Below the pieces are notes generated by a model. That model did not search any database and was not told the origin of the DNA. It saw nothing but the letters and a program-made list of their open reading frames with translations. The translations under genes were made by a program, and so were the position numbers. A stretch of 19,891 nucleotides of DNA from a virus: UHGV virus genome UHGV-0140551. One strand, written 5' to 3'. Shown one piece after another: positions 15,394 through 19,891 of the stretch. Each line of letters opens with the position of its first letter. Within the stretch, counting starts at the first letter, position 1.

Positions 15394-17828
15394 TAACCTG
15401 AGACTTGAGGTTTTGCTGAAAGCGGTCGACCAGGCGACCCGACCGCTTAAATCCATCCAGACCGCGAGTAAAACCCTGTCGGGCGATATTCGCGAAACAC
15501 AAAAAGGGCTGCGTGACCTGAATGGTCAGGCGTCAAAAATCGACGGCTTTCGTAAGGCCAGTGCGCAACTGGCCGTGACCAGTCAGGCGCTTGAGAAAGC
15601 GAAACGCGAAGCCGGTGAACTGGCCGTGCAGTTTAAAAACTCCACCAGTCCGACCCGCGCGCAGGCGCAGGCACTCGAAGCGGCAAAGCGTGCTGCCTCT
15701 GAGCTACAGACGAAGTACAACAGTCTGAGAACGTCTGTACAGCGCCAGCGCTCCGAACTGATGCAGGCCGGTATTAATACCCGCACCCTTTCTGCCGATG
15801 AGCGTCGGCTCAAAACCTCCATCAGCGAAACGACGGCGCAGCTTAACCGCCAGCGTGAGGCACTCGCGCGTCAGTGCGCAGCAGGCGAAATTAGGCCGGG
15901 TGAAAGAGCGATATAAATCAGGCAAGGAGCTTGCCGGTAACATGGCCGCTGCAGGGGCTGCCGGGGTAGGTATCGCGACAGCGGGAACGATGGCCGGGGT
16001 GAAATTACTGATGCCCGGTTATGACTTTGCGCAGAAAAATTCCGAGCTGCAGGCCGTGCTCGGGGTCGATAAGCAGTCGCCAGAAATGGAGGCGCTACGC
16101 AAACAGGCACGCCAGCTCGGTGACAATACAGCCGCTTCTGCTGATGATGCAGCCAGTGCGCAGATTATTATCGCCAAAGGGGGCGGCGATGCGGCAGCCA
16201 TTCAGGCGACGACACCGGTCACCCTCAATATGGCGCTTGCCAACCGTCGCACGATGGAAGAAAACGCCGCATTACTGATGGGGATGCGCTCTGCGTTTCA
16301 GCTTTCCAATGACAAGGTGGCGCACATTGGCGACGTTCTGTCGACGGTGATGAATAAAACTGCTGCCGATTTCGACGGGCTGAGCGATGCGCTGACATAC
16401 GCCGCGCCGGTGGCGAAAAATGCCGGTGTCAGCATTGAAGAAACTGCCGCAATGGTGGGCGCCCTGCATGACGCCAAAATCACCGGCTCGATGGCCGGCA
16501 CCGGGAGCCGTGCGGTTTTAAGCCGCCTGCAGGCTCCGACCGGTAAAGCGTGGGATGCGCTTAAGGAGCTGGGGGTCAAAACTTCCGACAGTAAAGGCAA
16601 CACGCGCCCGATTTTTACCATCCTCAAGGAAATGCAGGCCAGTTTTGAGCGTAACAATCTCGGCACCGGTCAACAAGCCGAATACATGAAAACGATATTC
16701 GGTGAGGAAGCCAGTTCGGCGGCGGCGGTGCTCATGACTGCCGCCTCAACCGGCAAACTTGACCAGCTAACCTCCACCCTGAAAGCCTCAGACGGAAAAA
16801 CCGCAGAGCTTGTTAAAATTATGCAGGATAACTTAGGTGGCGACTTCAAAGAGTTTCAATCCGCTTATGAGGCCGTCGGTACCGACCTCTACGACCAGCA
16901 AGATAGCTCATTGCGTCAGCTAACTCAGACAGCAACACGGTATGTGCTAAAGCTTGATGACTGGATCAAAGACAACAAGGAGTTAGCGGAAACTATCGGC
17001 ATCATCGCCGGTGGTGCGCTGGCGCTGATTGGTATCATCGGCGGCATTGGTCTCGTTGCGTGGCCGGTTGTCATGGGGATTAATGCCATTATCGCCGCTG
17101 CTGGCGTGCTGGGTACGGTCTTTACTGTCGTCGGTAGTGCCATTGCGACAGCGCTCGGTGCGATTACCTGGCCGATAGTGGCCGTCGGTGCGGCGATTGT
17201 GGCGGGGGCGCTACTCATCCGTAAATATTGGGAGCCCATCAGCGCATTTTTCTCGGGAGTGATTGAGGGCATCATGAGTGCCTTTGCCCCAGTCGGGGAA
17301 ATGTTCGCTCCACTGGCTCCCATTTTTGATGGTCTCGGCGAGAAACTGCGCGGCGTCTGGCAGTGGTTTAAAGACCTGATAGCACCGGTTAAGGCCACGC
17401 AGGAAACGCTTGATAGCTGCAAAAGTGTCGGCGTCATATTTGGTCAGGCACTGGCCTCTGCCTTGATGGCTCCGCTCAATGTTTTTAACAAGCTGCGCAG
17501 CGGTGTCGACTGGCTTCTCGAAAAGCTCGGCATCATCAACAAAGAGTCGGACAGCCTCGACCAGACCGCCGCCAAAACCAATGCCGCCACACAGGGTAAT
17601 TCCTACATCCCGGCAACCAGCACATATGGCGGCTATCAGGCTTATCAGCCAGTTACCGCACCGGCGGGGCGCTCTTACATTGACCAGAGCAAAAGCGAAT
17701 ACAACATCAATCTGCCGGGAGGTGTTGCGCCGGGGCATCAGCTTGACAGACAACTACGCGACACGCTCGAACAGATTGAGCGCGATAAACGCGCCCGCCA
17801 GCGTGCCAACATGACCCACGACTATTGA
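15386..17828 (+). pseudogene. Tail tape-measure protein (P2 gpT-like), split by a frameshift at about 15865-15871
   Basis: Two ORFs (15386-15916 and 15798-17828) together cover a gpT-like protein. The frame switches between …QREALAR and VSAQQAKLG… inside a CGCGCG tract, consistent with a 2-nt contraction of a CG repeat. Confidence 0.7.
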
Positions 17829-17841
17829 GGGGGATTAAACG

Positions 17842-18327
17842 ATGATGCTTGCTCTCGGAATGTTTGTGTTTGAACTTCGCACCCTGCCTTACCAGTCGAT
17901 GCAGCATTCGAAAGATTATCGCTGGGTGTCCAATGACCGGGTGGGTAAACCACCTGCCTATCAGTTTCTTGGCGAGGGGGAAACCTCTATACAGCTTGCT
18001 GGTACGCTATACCCCGCTATCACTGGCGGTTGGATCTCACTTAAGGCTGTAGAGGTGATGGCCAATGAAGGCAGAGCGTGGCCGTTGATAGAGGGAACCG
18101 GAAATATCCTCGGGATGTATATCGTCGATAAAGTATCGACTACACGCACCGAGTTTTTCAGTGATGGTGCGGCCAGAAAGATTGATTTCACGCTTTCGCT
18201 AAAACGGGTTGATGAATCGCTGACAGAGATGTTTGGTGACCTGAATAAACAGGCCAGTGAGCTTCTCGGCTCTGCCGGTAATTTGACAGATAAACTGCAG
18301 GGTATGCCCGGAGGTTTCACTGCATGA
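17842..18327 (+). CDS. Tail protein gpU
   Basis: 161-aa ORF with a GAGGGGG ribosome-binding site in the conserved T-U-D order; the translation resembles P2 gpU. Confidence 0.85.
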   Translation: MMLALGMFVFELRTLPYQSMQHSKDYRWVSNDRVGKPPAYQFLGEGETSIQLAGTLYPAITGGWISLKAVEVMANEGRAWPLIEGTGNILGMYIVDKVSTTRTEFFSDGAARKIDFTLSLKRVDESLTEMFGDLNKQASELLGSAGNLTDKLQGMPGGFTA

Positions 18328-19493
18328 TAACGGGGATGGCAATTGACGCCGGTGCCAGCCTTGCACCGGCTTTTATGCTGACGCTGAACAGTCAGGACAT
18401 TACCAGCAACTTCAGCGACCGGCTGATTTCTCTCACCATGACGGACAATAGGGGCTTTGAAGCTGACCAGCTCGACATTGAGCTCGATGACACCGATGGG
18501 AAAGTCGAGTTACCCCTGCGCGGGGCAGTGCTGACGTTGTGGCTTGGCTGGCAGGGTTCGGCGCTGCTGAATAAGGGGGATTTTACGGTCGATGAGATTG
18601 AGCACCGGGGGGCTCCTGATACCCTGACCATCCGGGCGCGCAGCGCGGACTTTCGCGGCACGCTAAATTCCAGGCGTGAAGAGTCATGGCACGACACCAC
18701 CATCGGCGAACTGGTCAGTACCATCGCAAAGCGCAACAAACTGACGGCCAGCATTGCGGAATCGCTGAAAAAAATCCCGGTACCGCATATCGACCAGTCG
18801 CAGGAATCCGACGCGGTATTTTTGAGTCGACTGGCTGACCGCAACGGGGCAACGGTATCGGTGAAGGCAGGGAAACTGTTGTTTCTGAAAGCCGGTAGTG
18901 CGATGACGGCCAGCGGCAAACCCGTCCCGCAAATGACGCTGACCCGCAGTGATGGTGACCGTCATCAGTTTGCCATTGCCGACCGTGGGGCTTATACCGG
19001 CGTCACTGCTAAATGGTTGCACACCAAAGACCCGAAGCCACAAAAGCAGAAAGTAACGCTGAAACGCAAGCCAAAAGAGAAGCACCTGCGCGCACTGGAA
19101 CACCCAAAAGCAAAGCCGGTCAGCAAAAAGACAAAGGTCAAAAAAGAACAGGAAGCACGTGAGGGTGAGTACATGGCCGGTGAAGCCGATAACGTGCTGG
19201 CGCTGACGACAGTCTATGCCTCAAAGGCACAGGCGATGCGCGCCGCTCAGGCTAAGTGGGATAAACTGCAGCGAGGTGTTGCGGAGTTTTCAATCACACT
19301 GGCGCTAGGGCGAGCGGATTTATTTCCTGAGACGCCTGTACGCGTGTCAGGCTTTAAGCGCGTCATAGACGAGCAGGCATGGTTAATCAGCAAGGTGACC
19401 CACAACCTCAATAATAACGGTTTCACGACGGGCTTAGAGCTTGAGGTTAAACTCTCCGATGTGGAGTACAGCTCAGAAGAAAATGAGGAGTGA
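18324..19493 (+). CDS. Late control gene D protein (gpD, tail/baseplate hub)
   Basis: 389-aa ORF overlapping the U stop (ATGA), in the conserved position, with a gpD-like sequence. Confidence 0.88.
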   Translation: MITGMAIDAGASLAPAFMLTLNSQDITSNFSDRLISLTMTDNRGFEADQLDIELDDTDGKVELPLRGAVLTLWLGWQGSALLNKGDFTVDEIEHRGAPDTLTIRARSADFRGTLNSRREESWHDTTIGELVSTIAKRNKLTASIAESLKKIPVPHIDQSQESDAVFLSRLADRNGATVSVKAGKLLFLKAGSAMTASGKPVPQMTLTRSDGDRHQFAIADRGAYTGVTAKWLHTKDPKPQKQKVTLKRKPKEKHLRALEHPKAKPVSKKTKVKKEQEAREGEYMAGEADNVLALTTVYASKAQAMRAAQAKWDKLQRGVAEFSITLALGRADLFPETPVRVSGFKRVIDEQAWLISKVTHNLNNNGFTTGLELEVKLSDVEYSSEENEE

Positions 19494-19568
19494 AAAAGCA
19501 AACCAAAACTTGCAAATGCAATTTTGAAGTTTATTATTCCCTCAGATACGCCAGCAGGGGAAATAATT

Positions 19569-19787
19569 ATGATGCACTGCCCGTTATGCCAAAACGCCGC
19601 ACATGCTCGCACTAGCCGGTACCTTAGCACCGAAACAAAAGAACGTTATCACCAGTGCCAGAACATAAATTGCGGATGTACATTTATCACTTTTGAGACG
19701 CTATCAAGATTCATTGTGAAACCGGGTACTGTTGATCCTGCTCCGCCACACCCCATCAGAAACCAACAACAGCAACTTTGGCTTTGA
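19569..19787 (+). CDS. ogr: Ogr/Delta-family zinc-finger late-gene transcription activator
   Basis: MMHCPLCQNAAHARTSRYLSTETKERYHQCQNINCGCTFITFE closely matches P2 Ogr (CxxC…CxxxxC zinc finger). The longer ORF N-terminus is rejected. Confidence 0.9.
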   Translation: MMHCPLCQNAAHARTSRYLSTETKERYHQCQNINCGCTFITFETLSRFIVKPGTVDPAPPHPIRNQQQQLWL

Positions 19788-19809
19788 ACCTGCTTCGGCA
19801 GGTTTTTTT
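19787..19809 (+). terminator. Rho-independent terminator after ogr
   Basis: AACCTGC-ttcg-GCAGGTT followed by TTTTTTT. Confidence 0.8.
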
Positions 19810-19828
19810 ATATCTGTCGCCATCGCTC

Positions 19829-19857
19829 CAACCTCTGCCGCCAATTTGCCGCCACCA
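19829..19857. repeat. Right attachment-site repeat (attR core)
   Basis: CAACCTCTGCCGCCAATTTGCCGCCACCA, an imperfect direct repeat of 142-170. Confidence 0.7.
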
Positions 19858-19862
19858 CCAAT

Positions 19863-19891
19863 AAAAAAGGGGTTAGCAATTCGCTAACCCC
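19863..19891 (-). terminator. Rho-independent terminator of a leftward-transcribed flanking (host) gene
   Basis: GGGGTTAGC-aattc-GCTAACCCC preceded on the plus strand by AAAAAA, which is a U-tract on the minus strand. It lies just outside attR. Confidence 0.6.

Larger units (their letters stand above)
142..19857. mobile_element. Defective P2/186-family prophage, integrase through ogr, internally deleted for head, terminase, lysis and part of the baseplate genes
   Basis: P2/186 gene order and recognisable translations (Int, CI, CII, replication endonuclease, gpI, H, G, FI, FII, E, T, U, D, Ogr). Flanked by imperfect direct repeats with a 15-bp perfect core CAACCTCTGCCGCCA. Portal and J genes are present only as 3' fragments. 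Confidence 0.85.

Noticed and set aside
1-19891. CRISPR array or other long tandem repeats
   Set aside because: No regularly spaced direct repeats were seen anywhere in the window.

Overview
The window is almost entirely one integrated P2/186-family temperate prophage (about 19.7 kb) bounded by imperfect 29-bp direct repeats at 142-170 and 19829-19857. From left to right it carries a tyrosine integrase, a small secreted-protein gene, a CI-type repressor with a duplicated HTH, a 186-like early operon (Cox/Apl-like, CII-like, small ORFs, a TraR/DksA zinc finger, the replication endonuclease), a LexA-box-controlled Tum/DinI-like module, a terminator and a 186-type cos site. It continues with an AT-rich 334-aa HExxH-motif gene, a 3' portal fragment fused by deletion to a 3' baseplate-J fragment, then gpI, an invertible tail-fibre segment with a truncated invertase, sheath, tube, E/E' with a conserved -1 slippery site, a frameshifted tape-measure gene, gpU, gpD and Ogr. 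The prophage is defective: head, terminase, lysis and several baseplate genes are missing. The most interesting candidate for an undescribed function is the AT-rich HExxH gene at 8107-9111, with the small-ORF pair at 7348-7660 in the same replication-to-portal accessory region as a second candidate. All family assignments are from reading the translations and recalled P2/186 proteins; no database search was run.
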